Shown piece after piece: positions 55,742-64,000 of a DNA stretch of 64,000 bases. The translations under genes were made by a program, and so were the position numbers. The stretch comes from Candidatus Sericytochromatia bacterium. GTDB taxonomy: Bacteria; Cyanobacteriota; Sericytochromatia; S15B-MN24; JAQBPE01. The DNA is taken from positions 32,001 through 96,000 of the forward strand of contig JAYKHR010000048.1 of the NCBI GenBank assembly GCA_035285125.1. Reading direction: 5' to 3'. The first letter of the stretch is position 1. Each line of letters opens with the position of its first letter. Under the pieces are notes generated by a model. That model ran no database searches. It had not been told where the DNA came from and saw nothing but the letters and a program-made list of their open reading frames with translations.

Positions 55742-56074
55742 TCAGGCCTGGGTCAGGGCCTGGTCGACGGCCTGGAAGGCCTGCCCTGCCGGCGACGCTT
55801 TGAGGACATCGCCCGCGGCCGTCTTGAAGGCGTCCCAGGCCTTGGCGATGTCCGCCTTTGCCGCGCTGGCGTTGGCCTCGCTGCGCCGGTCCTCAGCGGC
55901 CACCTGGCCCCGCTTTTCCTCCATCTTGGCGATGTAGCCGCCGGCGGTCTCCACCAGGCCCGCTGCGGCGCTGAGGGCCGTGCCGAGTCCCGGCATGACG
56001 AGGTTGGCGAGAGGGGCGATCTCCTTGACGAAGTTCGCCACGCTGCCCAGTGCTTTTCCGATGCCTCCACCCAT
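55742..56074 (-). CDS. Small Ala/Gly-rich amphipathic hypothetical protein
   Basis: GGAGGA RBS, own terminator; MGGGIGKALGSVANFVKEIAPLANLVMPGLGTALSAAAG. Confidence 0.7.
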   Translation of the reverse strand: MGGGIGKALGSVANFVKEIAPLANLVMPGLGTALSAAAGLVETAGGYIAKMEEKRGQVAAEDRRSEANASAAKADIAKAWDAFKTAAGDVLKASPAGQAFQAVDQALTQA

Positions 56075-56195
56075 GGTCGTGTTCCTCCATACCTGAAGCG
56101 AGCCTGAGCCCGCGCCTTGCCCTCGGTCCGGTGGAGCCCGCCAGGGCGTCCCCACGAGGTTCATATACCGAGGCTGACCCGCCGCGGTGCTGGAG

Positions 56196-56219
56196 GAAAC
56201 AGAAACTTAACAGTCATTT
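56196..56219. promoter_or_regulatory. Conserved upstream motif, copy 2 (GAAACAGAAACTTAA-N5-ATTT)
   Basis: 19/24 nt identical to 31236-31259. Confidence 0.5.
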
Positions 56220-56248
56220 GAACGGGCGCCAACAGATCGGCCCAGGCC

Positions 56249-57985
56249 TCACAGGGAGGGCACGAGGTTGAGGCTGATGCTCTTGTCTTCCGGCACGAGG
56301 ATCGGAAAGGACTGCGGCGCGAAGCCCGGCGCGGTGACGGTCACGCGGTGCTCCCCGCGGGTGAGCCCCGCAAGCACGAACCGGCCGTCGCGGTCCGTCG
56401 CGACGGGGCGGCCCCCGACCGTCACGCGGACCCCACTCAGGGGTTCGCCCGTGTTGATGTTGTAGACCGTCCCGGCAAAGGAGAAGCCAGGACGAGCCGC
56501 CGCCTCGCGGCGCGTCGGCCTGGCGGACTGCAAAGTGGCAGGTGTGGGGAGGGCCGTGGGCGCAGAACGGGGGGTGGCGCGCACCGCCGCGCGGGCCGTG
56601 GGCGTCGGCCCGCGCGTCGGGGAACCCGTTGGGGCCGGCGTCGGTTGGGGCGTGGAGGGCGTCGCCGGGGCCGAGGAGGCGTCGGACGACGGCATATCAG
56701 CCGGCTTGTGGTCGAAGATGACGACGAAGTTCTTGCCGGACCACTGCCACGTGAAGTGCTTACCCAGGGGCCGCGAGGTCGTCAGGACCACACGCGCCAC
56801 GCCTCCCTCATGTTGGGTCAACTCGGCGCTGCGCACCAGCGCCCCCGGATAAGCCCGGGTCACGGGATCCGCCACGGCCACGCCGGGGAGGTCGATCACC
56901 AACCGCGGCGGCGCCTCCAGCGTCTCAATGCGAGGCTGGACCTTGCTCGTAACGGGTAGCAGGAAGAAGCGCACCTCGTCGTCGTAGGTGAAGGAGCCCG
57001 CCCGCGCGAGCCCGGCGCGCGGTGCCGCGGACTTGGCCGGCGGAACAGGACCCGGCTTCGGTGTCTGCCGCGGCGTGGGCGTTGGACGGGGCGTCGGCGT
57101 CGGCGTCGGCGTCGGCTTACCCGTCGGCTGCGGCGTCGGCTTGGCCGTCGGCTGCGGCGTCGGCTTAACCGTCGGCTGCGGCGTCGGCTTGGCCGAAGGC
57201 GTCGGCATGACCGTCGGCGTCGCCTCGACCGGCGGCTGCTGTGCCGGCTTAACCGTCGGCGTCGGCGTGGGCGTCGACTGAATCGTCGGCTCGGGCATCA
57301 GCTTCGGTGTTGGCTTTGCCGTCGGCTGCGGCGTCGGCTTGGGCGTCGGCTGCGGCGTTGGCTTGGCCGTCGGTTTCGGCGCCGGCTTAGGCGTCGGCTT
57401 CGGCGTCGGTTTCGGCGTCGGTTTGGCCGTCGGCTGCGGTGTCGGCTTCGGCGTCGGCTGCGGCGTCGGTTTGGGCGTCGGTTTGGGAGTCGGTTTGGGC
57501 GTCGGTTTGGGCGTCGGCTTGGCCGTCGGCTTCGGCGTCGGCTTGGCCGTCGGCTTGGCCGTCGGCTTGGCCGTCGGCTGCGGCGTCGGCTTGGCCGTCG
57601 GCTGCGGGACAGGCAGCGCCCCGAGTTCCAACATCAGGACGCCGCGAGCCGCTCGGGCGCGCCAAGCGCCGTTCAAGGGCCGCCTCAGGTGCACCTCGAT
57701 GCGGGCATCGAGGCCGTCGCGTCGGACGGTGATGCGGGTGGCCACCCCGCCCGTCGTCTCCCAGTCGCCCTCGAGCATCCGGGCGGTCCAGGGGACCACG
57801 ACCGTCAACTTGGCCGGGCGCGCACGCTCCCGGATGGCCGGCACGCCCTCGTGCCAGGGCATCGCCAGCGTGCCCGTGGTCGCCTCATAGCGCACCTCCG
57901 GGTCTACCGCGGCAGGTTGCGCAAGGGACGGTTGGCCGCCCAGGAGGGCCAGCGACAGCAGCAGGGCGAGAAGGTGGCGCGACAT
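56249..57985 (-). CDS. Secreted protein: AMIN-like domain, long PT-repeat linker, AMIN domain, carboxypeptidase-regulatory-like domain
   Basis: Signal peptide [15 protein letters not shown]...[17 protein letters not shown] (AMIN); [17 protein letters not shown]...TDRDGRF. Confidence 0.75.
   Translation of the reverse strand: MSRHLLALLLSLALLGGQPSLAQPAAVDPEVRYEATTGTLAMPWHEGVPAIRERARPAKLTVVVPWTARMLEGDWETTGGVATRITVRRDGLDARIEVHLRRPLNGAWRARAARGVLMLELGALPVPQPTAKPTPQPTAKPTAKPTAKPTPKPTAKPTPKPTPKPTPKPTPKPTPQPTPKPTPQPTAKPTPKPTPKPTPKPAPKPTAKPTPQPTPKPTPQPTAKPTPKLMPEPTIQSTPTPTPTVKPAQQPPVEATPTVMPTPSAKPTPQPTVKPTPQPTAKPTPQPTGKPTPTPTPTPRPTPTPRQTPKPGPVPPAKSAAPRAGLARAGSFTYDDEVRFFLLPVTSKVQPRIETLEAPPRLVIDLPGVAVADPVTRAYPGALVRSAELTQHEGGVARVVLTTSRPLGKHFTWQWSGKNFVVIFDHKPADMPSSDASSAPATPSTPQPTPAPTGSPTRGPTPTARAAVRATPRSAPTALPTPATLQSARPTRREAAARPGFSFAGTVYNINTGEPLSGVRVTVGGRPVATDRDGRFVLAGLTRGEHRVTVTAPGFAPQSFPILVPEDKSISLNLVPSL
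57060..57607 (-). repeat. 12-nt tandem repeat encoding PT[PA][KQ] tetrapeptides
   Basis: [34 protein letters not shown]..., roughly 40 units. Confidence 0.95.
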
Positions 57986-58102
57986 CGGCTTCGTCGTGGG
58001 GCTCCGGACGGCGCGCAACGGGATGCGGCCCGAACTGCCACAGTGTACCCGAAGACACGGAGGGCGAACAGCCACGACCGGCGAGCCGGGTATACTGGGC
58101 GC

Positions 58103-58618
58103 GTGCTGAACATCGTCCTGGTCGAACCTGAGATCCCCCCCAACACTGGCAATGTCTCCCGGCTTTGCGCCGGCCTGGACGCCGCCCTTCACCTGGTGGA
58201 GCCGCTGGGGTTCTCGATTGACGATCGCCACCTCAAGCGCGCAGGGCTCGACTACTGGCCGGCCGTCCGGCTGCATGTGCATCCGAACTTCGCGGCGCTC
58301 AGGGCCGCGTTTCCGACAGCCAGGTGGGTGTTCACGAGTGCCCGCGCGGAGCGGCTGCACACCGACTGGTCCTTCGAGCCCGAGGATTTCCTGGTCTTCG
58401 GCAAGGAGACCTCCGGGCTCCCCGCCGAGTTCCTCGCCAACGAAGCGGCGCGCACGATCCGCATTCCCCACTGGGGACCGGTCCGCAGCCTGAACCTTTC
58501 GAACGCCGTCGCCGTCGTGGCTTATGAGGCCATGCGGCAGTTCCAGGTGCGTGACCTCATCCCACCGCCCGTGCCTCGCCTGGCGGACCGCCCCCCCGAG
58601 CCCTTCGCAGCCCCTTGA
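58103..58618 (+). CDS. trmL: tRNA (cytidine/uridine-34-2'-O)-methyltransferase TrmL
   Basis: [49 protein letters not shown]. Confidence 0.95.
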   Translation: MLNIVLVEPEIPPNTGNVSRLCAGLDAALHLVEPLGFSIDDRHLKRAGLDYWPAVRLHVHPNFAALRAAFPTARWVFTSARAERLHTDWSFEPEDFLVFGKETSGLPAEFLANEAARTIRIPHWGPVRSLNLSNAVAVVAYEAMRQFQVRDLIPPPVPRLADRPPEPFAAP

Positions 58619-58620
58619 CC

Positions 58621-59226
58621 ATGCGCCGAGCCATAGCAGCCCTTCTCGCCTTGGCCCTGGCGTCCTCGCCCGCCCTCGCGGCCGAGGATCCCAAGGCCGA
58701 GATCACGACGTCGCCCACCACGTCGCAGGAGGATGCCCTCTCCCGCGGCGAGATCGTGGTGCACATGGTCAACCGTCACCCCATCTACCACATGGACGTC
58801 TATGGGGTGGTCGACGCCCCCTTCGAGCGGGTGTGGCGGGCGGTGACCAGCTACGACAAGTACCACCAGTTCCTGCCCATGGTCGTCGAGTGCGGCGTCC
58901 GGAAACGCGCCCGGGACGGCACGTGGCAGTACGTGAAGATGCAGCCGCCTTGGCCGATGCACCACCACTGGATGGTCAACATCAACGTCGAGCGCAAGCA
59001 CAAGGGGACCGTCGCCTGGACCATGGCCGATGGCAACCTGCGGTTCGAGCGCGGCTACTGGCAGATGACGCCGGTGGGGACCGAGCGAACGCGGCTGCAG
59101 TACCACCTGACGCTGGACCCCTGGCTGGACATCGTGCCCAGCTGGCTGATCGAGTGGGCGACGCGCTCGGTGCTGCCAGACGTGATCCGGGGCGTGCGGC
59201 AGCGCGTGCGCCAGCCGGCCGCCTGA
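58621..59226 (+). CDS. SRPBCC/START (polyketide cyclase-like) protein with signal peptide
   Basis: [24 protein letters not shown]...[11 protein letters not shown]-terminal signal ending ALA. Confidence 0.8.
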   Translation: MRRAIAALLALALASSPALAAEDPKAEITTSPTTSQEDALSRGEIVVHMVNRHPIYHMDVYGVVDAPFERVWRAVTSYDKYHQFLPMVVECGVRKRARDGTWQYVKMQPPWPMHHHWMVNINVERKHKGTVAWTMADGNLRFERGYWQMTPVGTERTRLQYHLTLDPWLDIVPSWLIEWATRSVLPDVIRGVRQRVRQPAA

Positions 59227-59305
59227 GCCCGCGCCCCGGCTGCCCGGTGTGGCCCGTGCCCCCAGCGGCTAGGATGGGCGGCGCGAGGCAGGGGGGAGCG
59301 AAGCG

Positions 59306-59920
59306 ATGCAGCGAAGCCTGATGGGGATGGTGGACGTGGCCGTGCAGACCCTGCGCGGCGTGAGGCTGGGGACCATCCAGGACGCGTGGCTTGACCCCGG
59401 GGAGCACCGCCTCGTCTCGTTCGTCGTGGCCTGGGACGACGAGCGGGTGCTGGACCGTGCCGAGGCCCTGCCCGTGCAGGACGTGCTCGAACTCACCCCC
59501 GAGACGGCCACGGTGGAGGACGAACTCGGCACGTGCCGGGGGCTGGACCTGCACCCCCCTGAGGACGAGGGGGCACTGCTGCTGGCCCGCGAGACGGTGG
59601 TGGGGATGTGGGTCGAGGATGAGGCCGGCCACCTGCTCGGCTGCATCAGCGACGTGCTGTTCGACCCGCAGGATGGCTCCGTGCGGGCCTATGAGTACGT
59701 GCCCGGCGAGGACCCCGAGGCCGTGGTCGACACGATGCTGCTCGGCCCGTGCCGGGGGATGCGCTTCGACGACGAACGTGCCCTGGTGGTTCCCACGGGG
59801 GCCCGCCCCAGCAGGCTGCCGAAGCTCGAGGTCGTGTTGCTGGAGGACCTCGGCCTCGAAGACCCGCTCGGTGACGAGGACGTCGAGGTGCTCCGCGGTC
59901 AGCCGATGGCAGAGCCCTGA
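59306..59920 (+). CDS. Tandem PRC-barrel domain protein
   Basis: VQTLRGVRLGTIQDAWLDP and VVGMWVEDEAGHLLGCISDVLFDPQDGSV. Confidence 0.78.
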   Translation: MQRSLMGMVDVAVQTLRGVRLGTIQDAWLDPGEHRLVSFVVAWDDERVLDRAEALPVQDVLELTPETATVEDELGTCRGLDLHPPEDEGALLLARETVVGMWVEDEAGHLLGCISDVLFDPQDGSVRAYEYVPGEDPEAVVDTMLLGPCRGMRFDDERALVVPTGARPSRLPKLEVVLLEDLGLEDPLGDEDVEVLRGQPMAEP

Positions 59921-59924
59921 GCAG

Positions 59925-60563
59925 CTACCGGCCCGCGGGCGCCGGGGGCGGGGCAGCAGGCCGTGCCAGCTCGAAGGTGTCCGTCAGGCGGATGTAGGTG
60001 GCGCCGCCGCACCGCGCGATGGGTTGCCAGCCGGCGCTCGGGCGAACGGCGCCGTCAAGGAAGACGTCGTCGCGGACGTGGGCCCGCACCACCGTGCCGA
60101 TCACGAGGCTGCCGCTGCCAGGGCCCTGCCCCACCTCGACCACCTGGTACGTCTGGCACTCCAGGCTGACGGGGGACTCCAGCACGCGCGGCGCCTTGAC
60201 CACCTCGCAGGCAGCCGGCGTGAAACCAGCCGCCTCGAATTCGCTGACCTCGGGCGCAAAGTCCGCCGAGGTGAGGTTCATGGCATCTGCCCAGCGCTCG
60301 TCCACCACGTTGACGACGAACTCCCCGGAGGCCTCCAGGTTCTTCAGCGTGTCCTTCTTCTCGGCGGCGGGCCCACGTCGCATCGGGGCAAAGCAGATGG
60401 TGAGCGGGTTGGCGCACACGACGGTGAAGAAGCTGAACGGGGCCAGGTTTGGCACGCCGTCTGGCCCAAGCGTCGACACGAAGGCGATCGGCCGGGGCAC
60501 AACCACGCTCGTGACGAGCCGGTAGGCGTCGTTCCAGGAGCCTGCGGCGGGGTCGAGGATCAC
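59925..60563 (-). CDS. Flavin reductase-family protein
   Basis: VVPRPIAFVST...NLAPFSFF...KDTLKNL...EFVVNVV. Confidence 0.9.
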   Translation of the reverse strand: MILDPAAGSWNDAYRLVTSVVVPRPIAFVSTLGPDGVPNLAPFSFFTVVCANPLTICFAPMRRGPAAEKKDTLKNLEASGEFVVNVVDERWADAMNLTSADFAPEVSEFEAAGFTPAACEVVKAPRVLESPVSLECQTYQVVEVGQGPGSGSLVIGTVVRAHVRDDVFLDGAVRPSAGWQPIARCGGATYIRLTDTFELARPAAPPPAPAGR

Positions 60564-61693
60564 GTAGCAGCCCCTTTCGAGAGCTCCCGGGCGCCCCAGG
60601 AGGCCCAGTAGTCGGCCCACTCGACGCGCTTGCCTTCTTCGGAGAGGCGCAGCGGGCGCTTGGCGTCGACCATGACGGCGTACTCCTGGGTGGCGGTCTT
60701 GGTCCAGCTCGCAGCCATCGCCTTCGGGTGGGGGCCGTGGTGGATGCCCACGGGATGGTGGGTGACCATCCCGGGCGCGATGCCGTCCCGGCTGAAGAAA
60801 TCGCCGGCGTGGTAGAAGATGACCTCATCGAAGTCGATGTTGCGGTGGTAGAAGGGCACGCGCACGGCCTCGGGGTCCTCTTCCAACGGCCTCGGCGCGA
60901 AGGTGCAGACCACGAAGTTGTGACCCAGCACCGTGGTATGCACGCTAGGGGGCAGGTGGTAGCGATGGCTCATCACGGGGCGGAAGTCTCGCACGTTCAG
61001 CTTCCACGGCGTCAGGTCGCCCTTCCACCCCACCGTGTCGATGGGGTCGAACGGGTAGAACACCGAGGTGTGGGCACCCTCCCGCCGAATCACGAGCTCC
61101 CACTCGCCACCTTCTGCCAGCGAGGGGGCCGGGCTGGGCGTCACGATGACGCCGGGGTCAAAAAGCGCGTTGCGTCCAAGCATGCCCCGATCAGGCAGGC
61201 GGATTTCGGAGGCCGACTCGATGATCAAGACGACGGGGTCGTCCCCCGCCGGCGTGTAGCGGTAGGTCGTGCCCCGCGGGATCACGACGTAGTCGCCCAC
61301 TTCGACCTCGAGGGGGCCATAGTCCGTCTCGAGGCGCCCCCCACCACGGTGCACGAACCACACCTCGTCACCGTCGGCGTTGCGGTACGCGTAGGGCATC
61401 GGGGCCCGCCGGCGCGAGATGCGCAGCGCGACGTCCTCGTTTTCGAGGAAGGTCACGGGCGTGCCACGCGGATCCTCGGCGTCCCCTGGCGTCAACGCCA
61501 GGGCGTTCAGGGCGCGCGGCCTCAGGGGCCCCTCGATGCGCAACCAGTTGGTCGGGGGATGCGCATGGTACAGGTGGGACACCCGCCCGAAGAACCCGTT
61601 GCGGCCGTGCTCTTCTTCGTAGGTGCCCTCGGGCAGGCCGACGTGGGCCTGGGGGGCATAGCGCCCCTTGGCAAGCATGAACAGGTCTTCCAT
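60560..61693 (-). CDS. hmgA: Homogentisate 1,2-dioxygenase
   Basis: EEHGRNGFFG, RNADGDE, HYLPPSVH-like RYHLPPSVH, PFYHRNIDFDEVIFYHAG, GIHHGPHP. Confidence 0.9.
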   Translation of the reverse strand: MEDLFMLAKGRYAPQAHVGLPEGTYEEEHGRNGFFGRVSHLYHAHPPTNWLRIEGPLRPRALNALALTPGDAEDPRGTPVTFLENEDVALRISRRRAPMPYAYRNADGDEVWFVHRGGGRLETDYGPLEVEVGDYVVIPRGTTYRYTPAGDDPVVLIIESASEIRLPDRGMLGRNALFDPGVIVTPSPAPSLAEGGEWELVIRREGAHTSVFYPFDPIDTVGWKGDLTPWKLNVRDFRPVMSHRYHLPPSVHTTVLGHNFVVCTFAPRPLEEDPEAVRVPFYHRNIDFDEVIFYHAGDFFSRDGIAPGMVTHHPVGIHHGPHPKAMAASWTKTATQEYAVMVDAKRPLRLSEEGKRVEWADYWASWGARELSKGAAT

Positions 61694-61711
61694 ACAGAGC
61701 GTCTCCCCCCG

Positions 61712-62746
61712 TCAGGCCGAGGCAGGGCCCGAAGACCCCGGCCGCAGCTGGGGCATCGGCTCCTTGCACGGCTGCCCCACGATGTTGCGCAACACCCCCA
61801 ACCCGGCGACCTCGAGCTCGACCACGTCACCAGGCTGGATCCAGCGGTCCAGCTCGAGCCCGCAGCCCCGTCCCACCGTGCCGGAGGCGATCAGATCGCC
61901 GGGGTAAAGGGTCTCATCCATCGAGACGTGCGCGATCATCTGGGCGAAGCTCCAGTAGGGGTTCCCCGCGTCGCTATCCGACCAGACCTCCCCGTTCACG
62001 CGCACGATGGCGGGCCAGGGGCTCCGGCAGTCGAGTTCGTCGGGCGTGACCAGCCACGGCCCGATGACAGTGGCAAAGTCCTTCCCCTTGGCTGGGCCGA
62101 GGCGGCAGGCCATCTCCTTGCGCTGGATGTCCCGGGCCGACACATCGTTCAAGATGGTGTAACCGGCGATGTAGTCGGCCGCATCCTCCAGAGAGATGTT
62201 CCGTCCCTCTCGCCCGATCACCACAGCGACCTCCAGCTCGAAGTCGAGCTTGCGCGTGTAGCGCGGCCAGGGAAGCGGGGCCTCGGGCCCAAGCAGCGTG
62301 CGGTGGTTGCCCTTGTAGTAGACGGGCACCTCGTACCAGGGCTCGGGGATGGCCTCGCCTCGCTTGGCGAAGCCTGTCCGCACATGCTCTTCGAAGGCGT
62401 AGAAGTCTCGCAGGCTCTGGGGGCGAGGCAGCGGTGCCAGCAGGGCGTAGGAGCCATCCCCGTGCACCAAGCTCGCACCGTCTGGTGCGGTGGGGAGCGT
62501 TTCGAAACCCTCAAGCGCAGCCAGCGTCTCGCGGAGTTCCTTGAAGGCCCGGGGCCCGAGCGTCAGGAACGCGATGAGGTCGGGCGGACAGAGCGCGTCG
62601 GCCAGGGACCGCCAGGCCGACTCACCCTGCTGGCTGAGCCGCCAGGCGGTGGCCGAGTTGAGGTCCAGCACGCCGCCCCGCCAGGGGAGGCCAAGCCGCT
62701 CGTGTCGGCCCAGGACGGTCTGGATCTCGATGGTGACTAGACGCAT
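61712..62746 (-). CDS. Fumarylacetoacetate hydrolase-family protein
   Basis: RDFYAFEEH, PVYYKGN, LDFELEVA, NDVSARDIQ, GPAKGKDF; adjacent to hmgA. Confidence 0.9.
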   Translation of the reverse strand: MRLVTIEIQTVLGRHERLGLPWRGGVLDLNSATAWRLSQQGESAWRSLADALCPPDLIAFLTLGPRAFKELRETLAALEGFETLPTAPDGASLVHGDGSYALLAPLPRPQSLRDFYAFEEHVRTGFAKRGEAIPEPWYEVPVYYKGNHRTLLGPEAPLPWPRYTRKLDFELEVAVVIGREGRNISLEDAADYIAGYTILNDVSARDIQRKEMACRLGPAKGKDFATVIGPWLVTPDELDCRSPWPAIVRVNGEVWSDSDAGNPYWSFAQMIAHVSMDETLYPGDLIASGTVGRGCGLELDRWIQPGDVVELEVAGLGVLRNIVGQPCKEPMPQLRPGSSGPASA

Positions 62747-62785
62747 GGCAAATGCCTCGGAGCACGGCGGCACAGGGCCGAAAGC

Positions 62786-62810
62786 GAAAAACCCCGCCAG
62801 CGGGCGGGGT
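62786..62810 (-). terminator. Intrinsic terminator of rpsT
   Basis: ACCCCGCC-cgct-GGCGGGGT followed by TTTT on the minus strand. Confidence 0.8.
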
Positions 62811-62825
62811 CTCGCGACCGAAGGT

Positions 62826-63098
62826 TCAGGCCTCCGCGGTGGCGGCGGAGTTCACCCTCTTCATCATGCGCGACTTGAGGCGAGCGGCCTTGTTGGGGTG
62901 GATGACACCCTTGCGAGCCGCGCGATCGATGGCGCTCACGGCGGTCACGGTGGCGGCGGCAATCTCGCCCTCGCCCTCGACCGCAGACTTGACTTGCTTG
63001 ATGCGGGTCTTCACCTCGGACTTCACCGCAATGTTGCGCAGGCGATTCCGCTCGGCAACTTCAACGCGCTTGATGCCCGACTTGATGCGCTTGGCCAT
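62826..63098 (-). CDS. rpsT: 30S ribosomal protein S20
   Basis: IKSGIKRV...RNIAVKSEVKT...IDRAARKGVIHPNKAARLKSRM. Confidence 0.97.
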   Translation of the reverse strand: MAKRIKSGIKRVEVAERNRLRNIAVKSEVKTRIKQVKSAVEGEGEIAAATVTAVSAIDRAARKGVIHPNKAARLKSRMMKRVNSAATAEA

Positions 63099-63251
63099 GG
63101 TTGAATTTCACTCCAAAAACGTGCTGTTCGGTGGTTCGCGCAGCGACCGGCGACGCAGAGCGGCTGCCGATGGGCTTCGCTGAGGGGTTTGCCGGGTTTT
63201 CTTAGCTTTTAACTAAGACGCGGGCAAAGTGAGGTCAAGAGGACAGCCTTC

Positions 63252-63280
63252 AGTATACCGAAGCGGGGCGCACGTTGCAA
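63252..63280 (-). promoter_or_regulatory. Sigma-70-type promoter of rpsT
   Basis: TTGCAA-N17-TATACT on the minus strand. Confidence 0.75.
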
Positions 63281-63298
63281 ACCATGCGATCGCCTCGC

Positions 63299-64000
63299 TC
63301 ACGGCCACACCAGCACCCCCCCATTGAAAGGCGGGATGACCCGGCCGTCGGCATGGTGGCCCAGCGGCGTCGTCAGGGCCTGGCCGAGCTGGGCCAGCGT
63401 GACGACCATGGGGCCGGGGGCCAAGGGATCGCACAGCGTGGCCCGATCGCCCTCGATGGCCGTGAGCAGCGCGAAGTGGCCGCCGTCGTACCGCCGGGTC
63501 AGCCTGGCGACGTAGGCCGGCGAAGGGTTGAGGTTCAGGATGACCAGCCGCCCGGGCTCTCGCATGGCCTGCCGGATCGCATCGAGGCCGTGGATGAACT
63601 CGGCATGGAGCCCGAACACGCGCGCGCCCGCCGCGATCTCGATGGGGTAGGTCCAGACCCCCTCCTCGACCATCCCCGTCATCGCCCGTCGCACCCGGCG
63701 AATCAGCGCGGCCTGGTCGGGTGCCTCCGCCTGCCCAGGGCGCACGCCATAGGCACACAGCGCCATCGCCAGGGAGGTCGGGCCACAATTGGCGTTGGTC
63801 TGACGGAGTTCCGTGGGGTTCCATCGGGCATGTCGGTACTGGCTGATGAAAAAGTGGTCGGCCCGCTGCAGGGCAGCCACGAGCTCGGGCGAGCCCGCCT
63901 CCGCCGCAGAGTCGCCCCCGGGCGCCGCGACCCGGCGCGCGAGCCACACGGAGGCCTCAAGCGGCGAGCTCGAGCAGCTGAAAAACATCAACAGGGCCAC
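63299..64000 (-). CDS. C39-like cysteine peptidase (5' end may lie outside the window)
   Basis: SQYR...NANCGPTSLAMAL, GHFALL, LCDP (Cys-His-Asp). Confidence 0.75.
   Translation of the reverse strand: MALLMFFSCSSSPLEASVWLARRVAAPGGDSAAEAGSPELVAALQRADHFFISQYRHARWNPTELRQTNANCGPTSLAMALCAYGVRPGQAEAPDQAALIRRVRRAMTGMVEEGVWTYPIEIAAGARVFGLHAEFIHGLDAIRQAMREPGRLVILNLNPSPAYVARLTRRYDGGHFALLTAIEGDRATLCDPLAPGPMVVTLAQLGQALTTPLGHHADGRVIPPFNGGVLVWP

Noticed and set aside
57060..57607. Tandem repeats as a possible CRISPR array (also 38103-38330)
   Set aside because: The 12- and 24-nt units have no unique spacers, lie in frame within CDSs, and no cas genes are present.
63160..63200. c-di-GMP-I riboswitch (GGCAAACC on the minus strand)
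   Set aside because: It lacks the GAAA tetraloop stem and GACGCAAAGCC, and the rpsT context is implausible.
1..64000. tRNA/rRNA genes, transposases, integrases, prophage, introns
   Set aside because: No recognisable signatures were seen by eye, and composition is uniform apart from short AT-rich promoter islands.

Overview
This 64 kb window is high-GC chromosomal DNA with about 55 tightly packed CDSs. I found no rRNA, tRNA, CRISPR array or mobile element. The gene mix (flagellar genes with a P-ring, a cyanobacterial-type Ycf45/R3H ATPase, a GHL10 hydrolase, Firmicutes-like synteny such as DUF1934-argS and decarboxylase...tmk, and lipoproteins with Gly-rich 8-residue repeats) suggests a non-photosynthetic relative of Cyanobacteria, probably Sericytochromatia; this is inference. 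The window contains an atypical flagellar cluster (flgI, flgJ-like, fliA-like, flgB, flgC, fliE, fliF, flhA, flagellin; fliJ-fliK and a FapA-like gene lie elsewhere), envelope hydrolases and scaffolds, housekeeping genes (mnmG, tmk, argS, rlmH, rsmD, tatA, uvrB, trmL, rpsT) and homogentisate catabolism genes. Most notable: (1) FliF is fused to a lone FliG middle domain and followed by a second, possibly membrane-anchored FliG-M-like protein, alongside a divergent sigma-28 and a divergent flagellin, which may indicate a remodelled flagellar or secretion machine. (2) A full-length NrdD homologue has lost all recognisable catalytic residues but keeps its ATP cone and Zn site. (3) A NERD-pseudokinase-kinase-TM receptor sits directly after uvrB. 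(4) Two paralogous repeat lipoproteins are joined through a frameshifted junction. (5) Recurring AT-rich upstream motifs include a 24-bp motif shared by two genes lacking signal peptides and 11-bp-phased Pho-box-like arrays. All functional calls come from motif recognition by eye; no database searches were run.
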